The notes beneath the pieces were generated by a model. The model saw only the letters and a list, made by a program, of their open reading frames with translations, was not told the origin of the DNA and searched no databases. Shown here in pieces: positions 1 to 8,847 of a DNA stretch of 45,439 bases. Location of the stretch: positions 1 through 45,439 of the forward strand of contig MNVX01000021.1 of assembly GCA_001872185.1 (NCBI GenBank), given 5' to 3'. Position numbers and translations under genes: made by a program. Each line of letters starts with the position of its first letter. The stretch's first letter is position 1. Source of the stretch: Candidatus Pacearchaeota archaeon CG1_02_32_21. Lineage in GTDB: Archaea; Nanobdellota; Nanobdellia; Pacearchaeales; GW2011-AR1.

Positions 1-2090
1 ATTTTAAGAAAATCATAAATTATCTCAAGTATTTCATAGTCAATAGAACCTTCTTGTAAGCTGTCATCAGATTTTTGTTTTGAGATTTCGACAGCAAATT
101 TCGTTAGCCTATCATAAACTTCTTCTCCGATAACTTTAGCAATTGATAATAGTGGCTTCCACAATTGAAGGTTTCTAGAACGAATTTCAATATTGACATC
201 AAACTCTCTATATTCTTTTTCAACTTTTTTCCAATTTTGCAAGGCAAATATATACAAGTCATTTCTTATTTCTTGCCAGATTGGATTAGATTCATCATTT
301 GTAGGATCCAATTCTCCTCTTGCATCTCCCTTTCTAACACGGGTTGTTATGTGGGTGATTGCTCTGCTTTCGGTTGCTCCAAAAAGACCATTTATGCTAC
401 TTATCATAGTTGGTGAATAACAAGAGTACCATTTTGTTACAAATTTATTTCCTTCTTTTTCCTGTCTGGGAACAGCTCCTTTTTTATAGTAGCCAGCATT
501 GATAAGTTCAGCTCTAGAATCTGCTTCATATTTTCCTGAGTTCTTATTAAAAAAGAATAGTCTTTCAGCTTCATCAAAATACTTAGTAGGTCTTGAATCA
601 TTTGTCTCTCTAAATAAAGAGGATTCGCTAGGATTTATCATAATATCTGTGGCATTAAAAGCAGTAAAACTAGAAACTGTCATCGCTTTTGTTTTTGCAG
701 TTTCCTTAACGCCCCTCATTTCTAACAAAGGGAAAGTAGAAAATAGCGTAAACATATAGGTTCCAATATCCCAAATTGCATGAACATCATAAAATTCCGA
801 GTCTCTAAAATAAAGGTATTTTTCATACTGTCCTTTTATTTTATTAAATAATTCTAATCCTTCAACTGAAGGATATTCCCCCTTCATATATTTTTGAATT
901 GCTTTAAGGGAGAGTCTTAGATTAATTCTAGTTGGAATGTCATGATATTTTATCTTAAATTTCTCCTCTAGCATCGCTTCGTTGCACTCCACTAGTTTTT
1001 CTCCATCTGAACAAAGTAAGACTGGAAGCATAATTTGAGTTTTTCTTATCTGATCATCGTTAGTCATAGTAATTTCTCTTGGAAGGAAAAATCCAAAAGC
1101 AAGGACATTATCATTTAACTTATCTTGAGAAAATACTTTTGGTTTAATTAATAATGAATCATCAAAAATAAATTCTCCCATTGTTCTCTCAGTTCCATCT
1201 TTTTTATGTTCGATGCCTGCGCGTTTCATTAATATTCTAATTGCTTTTTTTCTTTCATGCCCTGAAAGTTTTATAAAAAATCCGATAATGTTGCTACTAA
1301 ATTCACAACCGAAACAATGAGCAAGACCTTTGCCTTCGTCTAAACTTAAGGATGGATTTTTGTCATCATGAAAGGGACAAATATATAATCCATTAGCTCC
1401 CTTAGTTAGTCCAAATTCTGAAGCAATATCTGTGATGTTTATTTTTTTAGCTATTTTATCAGAAAGAGTATTCTTAGTTTTTCTCTTGCTTTGAACTTTT
1501 ATTTTAACCTTATACTTTGGATCATTTATGTTAACTTTACCACCTTCTGATTTTTTAACAAGTTTCTTTATAGTTCCATATTTCCAATGCGGTGCAAAAG
1601 GAACTGGGAACAACTTTCTTTTAGATACAAGCAAACTAATATCAATAAAATCTCTTGACTCTCTCGGAGCATAATAAAATGCAATTGCTTTCTTATGTTC
1701 TGGAGTAGCATCAGAGTTTAAGGGTATGTGGATATGTGGACACTTTCCCTCGTGATCAAAAAGATTATACGCTATTCCTTCTTTTTCTAATTTCTTTTTT
1801 ACTTTTTCTATCCAAGCTAGCCTCTGTTCTTTTGTGCAATGTTTTCTTTTAGACTCATCTGATTCTTTGTCGCTTTCATCATATTCAAAGATAATTAGAT
1901 CATTCGGGATTTGCAACAGGTTTATCCTTTTGTTATATTTCTCATTTGTATAATCTAACAACCATTTTTTCTCTGCTGAAGTGCCCGGATATATCTCATT
2001 GTAAGCAAGACCTTTTCCTGCAAAAGCTGCTAAGTATTCTTTGTGCAGTCTTGCATATTCTGATTGCTGCTCTGGTGTTTCATCGTTCAT
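1..2090 (-). CDS. Primase-like / CHC2 zinc finger / AAA+ helicase fusion, 3'-truncated (>696 aa)
   Basis: Hand translation from ATG 2090 is open to the window edge. AEP-like motifs IIFEYDE, FDHEGKCPHIH, PFAPHWKYG; CPFHDDKNPSL...HCFGC; degenerate Walker A GVKETAKT, Walker B YFDEAE, INAGY, ESRAI. Confidence 0.8.
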   Translation of the reverse strand, partial: MNDETPEQQSEYARLHKEYLAAFAGKGLAYNEIYPGTSAEKKWLLDYTNEKYNKRINLLQIPNDLIIFEYDESDKESDESKRKHCTKEQRLAWIEKVKKKLEKEGIAYNLFDHEGKCPHIHIPLNSDATPEHKKAIAFYYAPRESRDFIDISLLVSKRKLFPVPFAPHWKYGTIKKLVKKSEGGKVNINDPKYKVKIKVQSKRKTKNTLSDKIAKKINITDIASEFGLTKGANGLYICPFHDDKNPSLSLDEGKGLAHCFGCEFSSNIIGFFIKLSGHERKKAIRILMKRAGIEHKKDGTERTMGEFIFDDSLLIKPKVFSQDKLNDNVLAFGFFLPREITMTNDDQIRKTQIMLPVLLCSDGEKLVECNEAMLEEKFKIKYHDIPTRINLRLSLKAIQKYMKGEYPSVEGLELFNKIKGQYEKYLYFRDSEFYDVHAIWDIGTYMFTLFSTFPLLEMRGVKETAKTKAMTVSSFTAFNATDIMINPSESSLFRETNDSRPTKYFDEAERLFFFNKNSGKYEADSRAELINAGYYKKGAVPRQEKEGNKFVTKWYSCYSPTMISSINGLFGATESRAITHITTRVRKGDARGELDPTNDESNPIWQEIRNDLYIFALQNWKKVEKEYREFDVNIEIRSRNLQLWKPLLSIAKVIGEEVYDRLTKFAVEISKQKSDDSLQEGSIDYEILEIIYDFLK

Positions 2091-2397
2091 TTTCAGACAC
2101 CTCAATCGCATAATACGGGATTATTTTACCCAAAGATCTAAACTCCTCAAATGAGATTTGTCCAGAATTAAGAACGGTGCTTAAGACAGACTCTAATTTT
2201 TTTGAACACTCCTCACAAAAACTAGCCATAAATGCCTCTCCATTTGCCACATTAATAATTCCTACTTGATAAGCAAACTCGCCAATTTTAGATGTGCACA
2301 TGAAACAACCTTCTCTTTCTAATTTTTTTCTTACTCCAGGATCATTTATTAAAGCAAATCTTTTTACCGTACTTGTGCAATATTTTATGCTTTTCAT
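2080..2397 (-). CDS. Hypothetical protein with two CxxC motifs
   Basis: CFMC...FCEEC; overlaps neighbours in a coupled operon. Confidence 0.7.
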   Translation of the reverse strand: MKSIKYCTSTVKRFALINDPGVRKKLEREGCFMCTSKIGEFAYQVGIINVANGEAFMASFCEECSKKLESVLSTVLNSGQISFEEFRSLGKIIPYYAIEVSENER

Positions 2398-2528
2398 ACT
2401 AACCGCCCCCTTTTAGCCATATTATTCCCCATAATCTTGGAGATAATGGGCTGCGACCTACGCGACAGGCCCTGAAATATCAACGCTGCTAACATTCTTG
2501 ATTGCTCCTCTATTCCTGTGTATTTCAT
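2394..2528 (-). CDS. Small hypothetical protein (44 aa)
   Basis: Not in ORF track; fills the gap exactly with ATGA overlaps at both ends (MKYTGIEEQ...RGRLV). Confidence 0.55.
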   Translation of the reverse strand: MKYTGIEEQSRMLAALIFQGLSRRSQPIISKIMGNNMAKRGRLV

Positions 2529-2761
2529 TGTTTTGCTCCCATTATTCTTTCTATTTCTTCAAAGCTCTTCTGTTCATAGTCTCCGCCGTCACGTGGTTCT
2601 TCGGTATAATAGCTTAAATTTTCTTTATTTTTCTTAAGCCATTTTTGGAAACAATGAAATGAGCAAAATTTACGAGTGTACACATCAACCATCTTGCTCA
2701 CTTTGACTTTGAAAAGAACTTCATATACTTCTTTACATACAAAACATCTTCCGTTACTCAT
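2525..2761 (-). CDS. Small TRASH/zf-FCS-like zinc-finger protein
   Basis: CFVC...FCSFHC; SD GGAGGT upstream. Confidence 0.7.
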   Translation of the reverse strand: MSNGRCFVCKEVYEVLFKVKVSKMVDVYTRKFCSFHCFQKWLKKNKENLSYYTEEPRDGGDYEQKSFEEIERIMGAKQ

Positions 2762-2778
2762 TTTTTTACCTCCATGAT

Positions 2779-2997
2779 TTAATTTAATACCTCTTGAGAT
2801 TTTTTAATTAAAGAGTTTGTTTTTCTATCTCCGAAATGACAAAATGAAAAACCAATTACCCACGTAACTAAACATTCGGCAGAGCAATAGTATCTAAAAT
2901 CTCTACTTTCATCAAGTCCAAAATCTAATGCTGCAATTGATTGGTTTTCAGATTGGTTTTCATTATTCAACTCACATCTACAATATTCACACTTCAT
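2779..2997 (-). CDS. Small TRASH/zf-FCS-like zinc-finger protein
   Basis: CEYC...YCSAEC; start moved to ATG 2997 behind SD GGAGGTG. Confidence 0.7.
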   Translation of the reverse strand: MKCEYCRCELNNENQSENQSIAALDFGLDESRDFRYYCSAECLVTWVIGFSFCHFGDRKTNSLIKKSQEVLN

Positions 2998-3268
2998 TTT
3001 TCTTTTCACCTCCCTTTTCAATTTTTTTAATGTCTTTGAGTGCAATAGTACCTCTTCTAACGTGGCCTAACCTTTCTTGTTCTGCCATATAATCCTCCCA
3101 GTCAAGAGATTTTAGGCCAGTCTTAGCATAATCCCATAAGATGTCACAAATTGCTTCTTTGTATCCAGCAAGGTACATAACTGGAGCTATTCCAGATTTA
3201 GTTTGAATCTCTCTAACTAACCTGTCAACTGCAATATTAATTAAACGATTATCAATCTCTTTTTGCAT
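2987..3268 (-). CDS. Hypothetical protein
   Basis: ORF in coupled operon; SD GAGGTG favours ATG 3268 (alternatives 3274, 3277). Confidence 0.65.
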   Translation of the reverse strand: MQKEIDNRLINIAVDRLVREIQTKSGIAPVMYLAGYKEAICDILWDYAKTGLKSLDWEDYMAEQERLGHVRRGTIALKDIKKIEKGGEKKNEV

Positions 3269-3401
3269 TCCCATCACCTCTGTTTCTAATATCTATTTTG
3301 TCTGGTTTTATGATCTGCTGGATTTCTATGATACGTGCAATAACTCTGTCTATAACTTCACCAAAATTATCACTAGAATGATTGATATTTATGGTGCTCA
3401 T
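3252..3401 (-). CDS. Small hypothetical protein (49 aa)
   Basis: Not in track; ATGA overlap with upstream ORF, SD-like AAGGTG. Confidence 0.55.
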   Translation of the reverse strand: MSTININHSSDNFGEVIDRVIARIIEIQQIIKPDKIDIRNRGDGNAKRD

Positions 3402-3535
3402 CTTTTCACCTTCTTCTTTAAATAGTAATCATGGCGCTTGCAAAAAGGACATTCTCGGGGAAGACCTCTTGTTCTTGGTATCCAGACATACCTACAAAGC
3501 CTGCATCGTATCTTATTTCCTAATTTTGTTTTCAT
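3398..3535 (-). CDS. Zinc-ribbon microprotein (45 aa)
   Basis: Not in track; CRLCRYVWIPRTRGLPRECPFCK, same motif as 22903..23109. Confidence 0.75.
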   Translation of the reverse strand: MKTKLGNKIRCRLCRYVWIPRTRGLPRECPFCKRHDYYLKKKVKR

Positions 3536-3544
3536 TGTATTAAT

Positions 3545-3621
3545 TGACTTGCACTAAGCCATCCGTAAAAAGGAGGCACGGCAAAAGACTGAATTCTTTT
3601 GAATATGACTTGTGCAAGCCA
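3545..3621 (-). ncRNA. Putative three-way-junction leader RNA
   Basis: 17-bp basal helix (two G-U pairs, 1-nt bulge) enclosing 7-bp and 4-5-bp hairpins, just downstream of a TATA-like box at ~3639-3647. Confidence 0.55.
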
Positions 3622-3683
3622 TAGTATTAATAGTAACATTTATATAATTTAAACAGTACTATTCTAAATAGTTAATTCGTAAA

Positions 3684-4574
3684 ATGCTAAAGAAACAAGG
3701 TTTAGAATATATAAGAAAAGGTAAGGGGGTAGAAATAGCCAGGCATTTCTTTAGAGAATATACGACTGCTTCTAAGATAAGTAAAAATGTTTATTCAAAG
3801 ACTGTTGAAATATACAAACGAAAAACGAAAAAATCTAGCTGGTCTATGCCCCTAGTTAACGAATTTTCTATTAAATGGAGAAAGTTGGGATATTTTTCCA
3901 CAGCAATCTTTCCTCAAGAATATAGGAGATATGGCAAAACACATTATGAAACACGCCTCCATTACATGTTGAATCTTTATCCGTTGTTTGATTTTTATAA
4001 GGAGGAAATTAATTCGGAGGGGTTTACAGAAAGTGAAAAGAGTATTTTAACATGGATATTTTATCCGATTAATACAAGAAGGGAGATACTAGATTTATAC
4101 TCAAAAGATATAGATATTATTACAGCGATTATGAAGTTTTATATGGGTGTTCTTTTTATTCCTTCGCTATCAGCAAAAAGAAGGATTATCCTTAGAAGAT
4201 ATAAAAATAGATTCCCTTCAAGAAAATTCTTTCAATTTTTAGCTACTAAAATAGTTCAAAGAGGGGATACAAAAAAACTAAATGTTAAGCAATACAAAAC
4301 AATAAACAACGCTGAAGCATTAAAGGTCAAAGAAAAAGAAAATAGTTTTGAGTACTATTTAAGTAAAAATCATAAATTTATTGAATTATATGAATCTTCC
4401 TCGCGGGCGATTTACACAAAGAAAAATAATACAACTGAATTAGTCGCACCACACAGAAAATTTGATTCTTTTTACTTAGCACATTACTTATACTTACATG
4501 AGTGTTTACCAAAAATAATGAAAGAATTAGATAAGAAAATGCTTCAAGCATTAGGAATTTATTTTGAATATTAA
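3684..4574 (+). CDS. Hypothetical basic protein, possible regulator of the element
   Basis: 296-aa ORF divergent from the replication operon, convergent on the integrase; function inferred from position only. Confidence 0.65.
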   Translation: MLKKQGLEYIRKGKGVEIARHFFREYTTASKISKNVYSKTVEIYKRKTKKSSWSMPLVNEFSIKWRKLGYFSTAIFPQEYRRYGKTHYETRLHYMLNLYPLFDFYKEEINSEGFTESEKSILTWIFYPINTRREILDLYSKDIDIITAIMKFYMGVLFIPSLSAKRRIILRRYKNRFPSRKFFQFLATKIVQRGDTKKLNVKQYKTINNAEALKVKEKENSFEYYLSKNHKFIELYESSSRAIYTKKNNTTELVAPHRKFDSFYLAHYLYLHECLPKIMKELDKKMLQALGIYFEY

Positions 4575-5707
4575 TTTCTACTCTGTTTAATTAATAATAA
4601 TTCCTTCCTTAAATTTTCTAATTCACCAGCTACAAGGTTAAGTTTATCAGTTGCCATTTGTCTTTCATATTTTTCTTTAGATAAATCTGCTTTCATTTCA
4701 GATAAGTCTGTGTTTAAAACTTTAGCATCTACATCTTCTAAAATAATTCCTTTCCTTGCGATATAGACGTCGGGCATCGGGCTACTAAAATTCCACCCAA
4801 AATAAAAACACATTTGGTTTCTATTAAGTCTATTACTTATCCATGTTGCACAAGATGATCTAAATAAGTGAAAATGAATATCCCGGTCGAGAATTTGTTT
4901 TCCCAATCTTGCTAACTTTTTTCTAGCGGTTGATGAACCCTTTACAAAAACAGCCTCTTCTGGTTTAATACCTTGTTTAATTCTTTCGTCTAAGAATTCT
5001 TTAACTGCATCTAATGCGTTTTTGTAATACAAAGAAATTGTTCTTCCTTTTGTTTTTGAGAATTCTTCTCTTAAAGTTAATTTGACAAAATTTTCATCTC
5101 CTTTTGGTAATTGTATATCAGACCTACGGATGTTATAAAATTCTCCTCTTCTTGCACCAGAAGAAAATAATACTGCGATCAAAAAACGCTCTTCTGCATT
5201 TTTACAACCTTGATAAAGTGCATCTACTTCTTCCTCTGTCAAAAACTTTGGAGTTCTTTGTTTCTGTCTTGTTCTGACTTTTAAATTTTTTACAAACTTA
5301 AGCGCTTTCAAATCATCTCCTAATCTCCATCCAATATATTGGGATAATATTCTTCTAATCTGAACTTTAATTCCTTCAGATAGGGGAGTTCCAATAACTT
5401 TTCCATTAGGTGCTTTTCTTTCTGACTTAAGTTTATCTTTTAACAAAGCCATAGATAAATTATCAATATCTTTTTCTGTAAGTTGTTCTGAGGGTTTATT
5501 AAGAAATTCTAATCCTCTTTTTAGATAATAAGTATAAGGTTCTAAACTCCCCCTTTCAGCAACTCGATTGGTAATCTTTCCAAGTTCATAATCTCTAAAA
5601 AAATCTTTTACAAATTTCTTCTCTTTTTGAGGGATTTTCCACTTCTCTACCCTCAATAAAAGTTGTTCGTAAATTTCCTTTCTTAATCTAATCCTCTTTT
5701 CTACCAT
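4571..5707 (-). CDS. Tyrosine recombinase/integrase
   Basis: Catalytic set GARRGE (R), SKTKGR (K), HLFR, FGW, MPDVY (Y). Confidence 0.92.
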   Translation of the reverse strand: MVEKRIRLRKEIYEQLLLRVEKWKIPQKEKKFVKDFFRDYELGKITNRVAERGSLEPYTYYLKRGLEFLNKPSEQLTEKDIDNLSMALLKDKLKSERKAPNGKVIGTPLSEGIKVQIRRILSQYIGWRLGDDLKALKFVKNLKVRTRQKQRTPKFLTEEEVDALYQGCKNAEERFLIAVLFSSGARRGEFYNIRRSDIQLPKGDENFVKLTLREEFSKTKGRTISLYYKNALDAVKEFLDERIKQGIKPEEAVFVKGSSTARKKLARLGKQILDRDIHFHLFRSSCATWISNRLNRNQMCFYFGWNFSSPMPDVYIARKGIILEDVDAKVLNTDLSEMKADLSKEKYERQMATDKLNLVAGELENLRKELLLIKQSRN

Positions 5708-5742
5708 AAAGCGATTTAAACTTTAAACTATTTAAACTTTAT

Positions 5743-5768
5743 TATAGTGTCCTAAAAGGGACACTATA
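5743..5768. repeat. Perfect 10-bp inverted repeat with 6-bp spacer (dif/att-like)
   Basis: TATAGTGTCC-TAAAAG-GGACACTATA, 35 bp upstream of the integrase start. Confidence 0.7.
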
Positions 5769-5820
5769 TTATTGTAATAGTGGAAATGGTAAACCTGCAA
5801 AAAAATTTAATTCAGAAAAC

Positions 5821-5883
5821 AATAATGTGCCCCTTTTAGGGCATTAAATTTATAAATTGTGCCCACAAAATGGGGCATAATTT
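5821..5883. repeat. Two related palindromes TGCCC-N6/8-GGGCA
   Basis: TGCCC-CTTTTA-GGGCA (5828-5843) and AAATTGTGCCC-N8-GGGCATAATTT (5854-5883). Confidence 0.7.
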
Positions 5884-5925
5884 TTTCTTCGATAGGTTTT
5901 TAAGTAAATTCTTCTTGGATAATAA

Positions 5926-6954
5926 ATGAGGAGTGGGTATATTCAATTTATTCTTATTTTTATATTTCTGTTTCTGACAATGAGTTTTAATGTGTTAGCA
6001 CAAAATCCCACAATTCTTGAATCTCAAACTGCCCCTGAGATAATTCCATTATATAATACTAGTTGCCCAGTTAATGATTATATTTATGGAGATGGTGGAA
6101 GAGAAACATTTGATGTAATTTATTCTTTTGATAAATGTTATCAAGATTTTCTAAATAAAGGTTGGGACGAGTCTATTTGTGGCAAATTTTCTGAAGAAGA
6201 ACAAACATGGTCGACTATTTTAGATTTTAAAACCGATGCTTGTTTTTTAGGATTCGCGATTGCTAAGGAAGATTATAGGATATGTGATGGAATAAAAGAT
6301 GAAACAAACTATCAGAATGTCTATATTGATTTACCTACCTGTTACACTTATACGGCAGTAGTATCAAGAGATTTAACTTCTTGTAAATTACTTAATGGAG
6401 AAAATAAAGAAGATTGTTTTAAGTTCTTTGGACCTTCACTTAATTCGAATTGGGTTTTATGGTTTTTACCTAAAGTTATTTTATACGCTTTAATTTCCTT
6501 GTTCATATTTGTCATTGGCTCTATTTTTGTAAAGTCAGAATATAGAAAGAGATTAATTTCCATTTCTATTATCACGACAATACTACAATTTTTATTAGTT
6601 CTAATCTTCTTTTTGAATGGGAAATTTACAACTGATGCATTAAGTTTTGTAATTATTGCTCCGTTTACTTCTTTGTTTTTATCTGCCTTCATTGTTCAAG
6701 GATATAATTTTTTAACTAAAATAGCAAATAAAAATTGGATTTTCTTAGTATTTAGCATTCTAGTTGGTTTTATACATGGATTTTTGACAATTTTTATAAC
6801 GTCATTTATGGTTTATTCTAAATATGGAATTGGTCTAGAGATAATTGGAATCTTTGTTTATTCTTTAGTTATGGGGGGAATCTTAGCAGTTGGATATTTG
6901 CTTCTTTATCTGTTTTTAATATCTAAAGTAGTCTTAAATGAAACAAACAAATAA
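5926..6954 (+). CDS. Membrane protein with Cys-rich extracellular repeats
   Basis: Signal-like N-terminus, repeated C-Y/F...IC units, about 5 C-terminal hydrophobic helices. Confidence 0.8.
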   Translation: MRSGYIQFILIFIFLFLTMSFNVLAQNPTILESQTAPEIIPLYNTSCPVNDYIYGDGGRETFDVIYSFDKCYQDFLNKGWDESICGKFSEEEQTWSTILDFKTDACFLGFAIAKEDYRICDGIKDETNYQNVYIDLPTCYTYTAVVSRDLTSCKLLNGENKEDCFKFFGPSLNSNWVLWFLPKVILYALISLFIFVIGSIFVKSEYRKRLISISIITTILQFLLVLIFFLNGKFTTDALSFVIIAPFTSLFLSAFIVQGYNFLTKIANKNWIFLVFSILVGFIHGFLTIFITSFMVYSKYGIGLEIIGIFVYSLVMGGILAVGYLLLYLFLISKVVLNETNK

Positions 6955-7001
6955 TTTCCACTAATTTCTCATATTGTGCTCCCATTTAGAAACCATCAAA
7001 T

Positions 7002-7036
7002 AAATTATGCCCCAGAAACTGGGCTTAAATTTATAA
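7002..7036. repeat. Fourth related palindrome, inverted relative to 5854-5883
   Basis: AAATTATGCCC-CAGAAACT-GGGCTTAAATTTATAA. Confidence 0.65.
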
Positions 7037-7061
7037 TAGAGTATTATTTTTGAGTACCTTA

Positions 7062-7682
7062 TTAATGACTGGTCAAATGAATGTCTTCTTTTATCATTTT
7101 CACAATTTCTGGGAATTTAGATATCTTAAAATGGCCATTCTTACTTTTGTATATTATAACTTTTGCACTTCTTAGTTTAGTTTTATATTTCTCGGCATGG
7201 GATATTGGAACAGTACCATCATCTTTTGAAAATAACAAACTAACTTTTTTACAGTTCTTATCGATCATTGATAGGTCTGACTTAAGTTTAAATCCTCCAA
7301 CTAAATCTTCTCCTTCAATCGTGTTGTCAAATGGAGGACAAATTAAATAAATTGATTTTATCTTTTTAGGAAATTTATTTTCTGACAAGTATTTTGCAAG
7401 AAAAATTCCTCCTAGTGATAAACCAATCAGTATAATGTTTCTTCTAAAATAAGGTAAATATCTTTCAAAATGAATTCTCCACTCATCATACTTTGCATTT
7501 TCTTTTAAAGGCATACTTAATCTAATAATCTCAAAATGTTCTCCTAGATTTTTATCTAAATATAATTCATTCCACCTTATTTTCTTCTCAATAGATATCT
7601 TTCTGCTCTTTAGAAAATCTAAATAATCTCTTTTATTTTTAAAAGTAGTTCCTCCATTGATTAATACTATTTGGGTTTTCAT
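7062..7682 (-). CDS. Alpha/beta hydrolase, RBBP9/YdeN-like
   Basis: GLSLG nucleophile elbow, SKDDGTV, GHF. Confidence 0.85.
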   Translation of the reverse strand: MKTQIVLINGGTTFKNKRDYLDFLKSRKISIEKKIRWNELYLDKNLGEHFEIIRLSMPLKENAKYDEWRIHFERYLPYFRRNIILIGLSLGGIFLAKYLSENKFPKKIKSIYLICPPFDNTIEGEDLVGGFKLKSDLSMIDKNCKKVSLLFSKDDGTVPISHAEKYKTKLRSAKVIIYKSKNGHFKISKFPEIVKMIKEDIHLTSH

Positions 7683-7781
7683 ACTACTTTATGGAGATTC
7701 TAATTTAAATTTCTATCTCTTTTTAAATAAGACTTTCACTTTGAAACTATTATTTAACTAAATTGACATAACTAAATAAAA

Positions 7782-8192
7782 CTAGTAAGCCTCAAACTTA
7801 CGGCTGTCTTGAGGCGCATTCTGCTGGCCTTGAGAAGGTTGTTGTGAGCCAGGAATATGTATTTGAGCAAAAGCAGGAGTTGCAATTACAATATTTTCTC
7901 CAAATCCAGTAATATTTCCTTCAAGAGCTTCTGTTGTTTTCTTTATTTTAGATATAGCTCTTTTAAGCTCTATTACATCTTTTTTCCTAAGAGTCTGAAT
8001 GTCTATTACAGCAATAGTGTATCCTTCTCTTAGAGAAGCTAGTATATCATTAACATCTTCAAATTTCTTTAGAACAAAAGGTCTAACACTTACTTTTGAC
8101 TCTTTTTTGTCTTGTCCCAAATCGATCTCAACATAGTCTCCAGCACCTTGAGAACCGAGGGCAAAACTCTTTTTTAATTTATCAAACACCAT
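7782..8192 (-). CDS. sepF: Cell division protein SepF
   Basis: DILASLREGYTIAVIDI...LEGNITGFGENIVIATP; start moved to ATG 8192. Confidence 0.85.
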   Translation of the reverse strand: MVFDKLKKSFALGSQGAGDYVEIDLGQDKKESKVSVRPFVLKKFEDVNDILASLREGYTIAVIDIQTLRKKDVIELKRAISKIKKTTEALEGNITGFGENIVIATPAFAQIHIPGSQQPSQGQQNAPQDSRKFEAY

Positions 8193-8251
8193 GCATTGAA
8201 TAAAATGGCCTAGTTTATAAAGATTTCTGTAGTGATACAATTACTTTGCAG

Positions 8252-8584
8252 TTACTTTATTTTACTGACGATATCTCCTCTTAATCTTTCAACATTTTCC
8301 CTTAAAGACAATTCCTGCTTTTCTAAGGTCTTAGTTCTTATATCCAGAAGCTTCTTTTTATCTTCTAGCTCTTTTTTTGTAGTATTTTTATCTGCTTTTA
8401 TCATTATTTGCCCGATTATTTTGAATATATCTCCCTTAGACTTATCAATCTCTTCAAGGGCAGTTTTAACTTCATTTAATTCAAGCTGGAAAGTTTGCTT
8501 CTGCATCAATAAATTTTGAAATGTTCCCTCTAGAATTTGTAATTCCTGCAATTTTTCAGCAGCCCCTTTATCTATTTCGGTCAT
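8252..8584 (-). CDS. pfdB: Prefoldin beta subunit
   Basis: Coiled-coil/hairpin pattern ALEEI...IFKIIGQIMIK; conserved position after rpoP. Confidence 0.9.
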   Translation of the reverse strand: MTEIDKGAAEKLQELQILEGTFQNLLMQKQTFQLELNEVKTALEEIDKSKGDIFKIIGQIMIKADKNTTKKELEDKKKLLDIRTKTLEKQELSLRENVERLRGDIVSKIK

Positions 8585-8637
8585 TTAACAAACATCCTGC
8601 GGGTTTCTTAGAGTTCCAGCAACCAATTTTATCACCA

Positions 8638-8775
8638 TTATTCTGCTTTTATCTTTACAATAGCCCTTCTAGGCTTGTAAAAAATCCTAGAATTACAATG
8701 AGGACAGGTAAACCTCTTGTCTAATTTCTTAGAAGAGATTAATTTTCCACACTTGAAACATTTATAGTCAGCCAT
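8638..8775 (-). CDS. rpoP: RNA polymerase subunit P (Rpo12)
   Basis: Not in track; MADYKCFKCGK...FTCPHCNSRIFYKPR, downstream of eL43. Confidence 0.9.
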   Translation of the reverse strand: MADYKCFKCGKLISSKKLDKRFTCPHCNSRIFYKPRRAIVKIKAE

Positions 8776-8847
8776 TTAAAAGACAACAGGGTTTTCTTTT
8801 ATAAACTTTCCCCTAAAAACAAATTTATTTAATTTTACCATTTTAGT

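Larger units (their letters stand above)
1..5768. mobile_element. Right-hand part of an integrated virus/plasmid-like element (left end outside window)
   Basis: Primase-helicase fusion, small coupled Cys-rich ORFs with GGAGG/GAGGTG SD motifs, divergent gene, terminal tyrosine recombinase next to a palindromic site. Right boundary uncertain (5768-7036). Confidence 0.8.

Noticed and set aside
165..759. Three plus-strand ORFs in the track
   Set aside because: Antisense shadows of the long minus-strand primase-helicase frame.
2939..2962. 12-bp tandem repeat
   Set aside because: Simple in-frame ENQS duplication.
4571..5707. Integrase as a classical integron IntI
   Set aside because: No IntI-specific insertion before HxxR recognised and no attC with GTT core seen.
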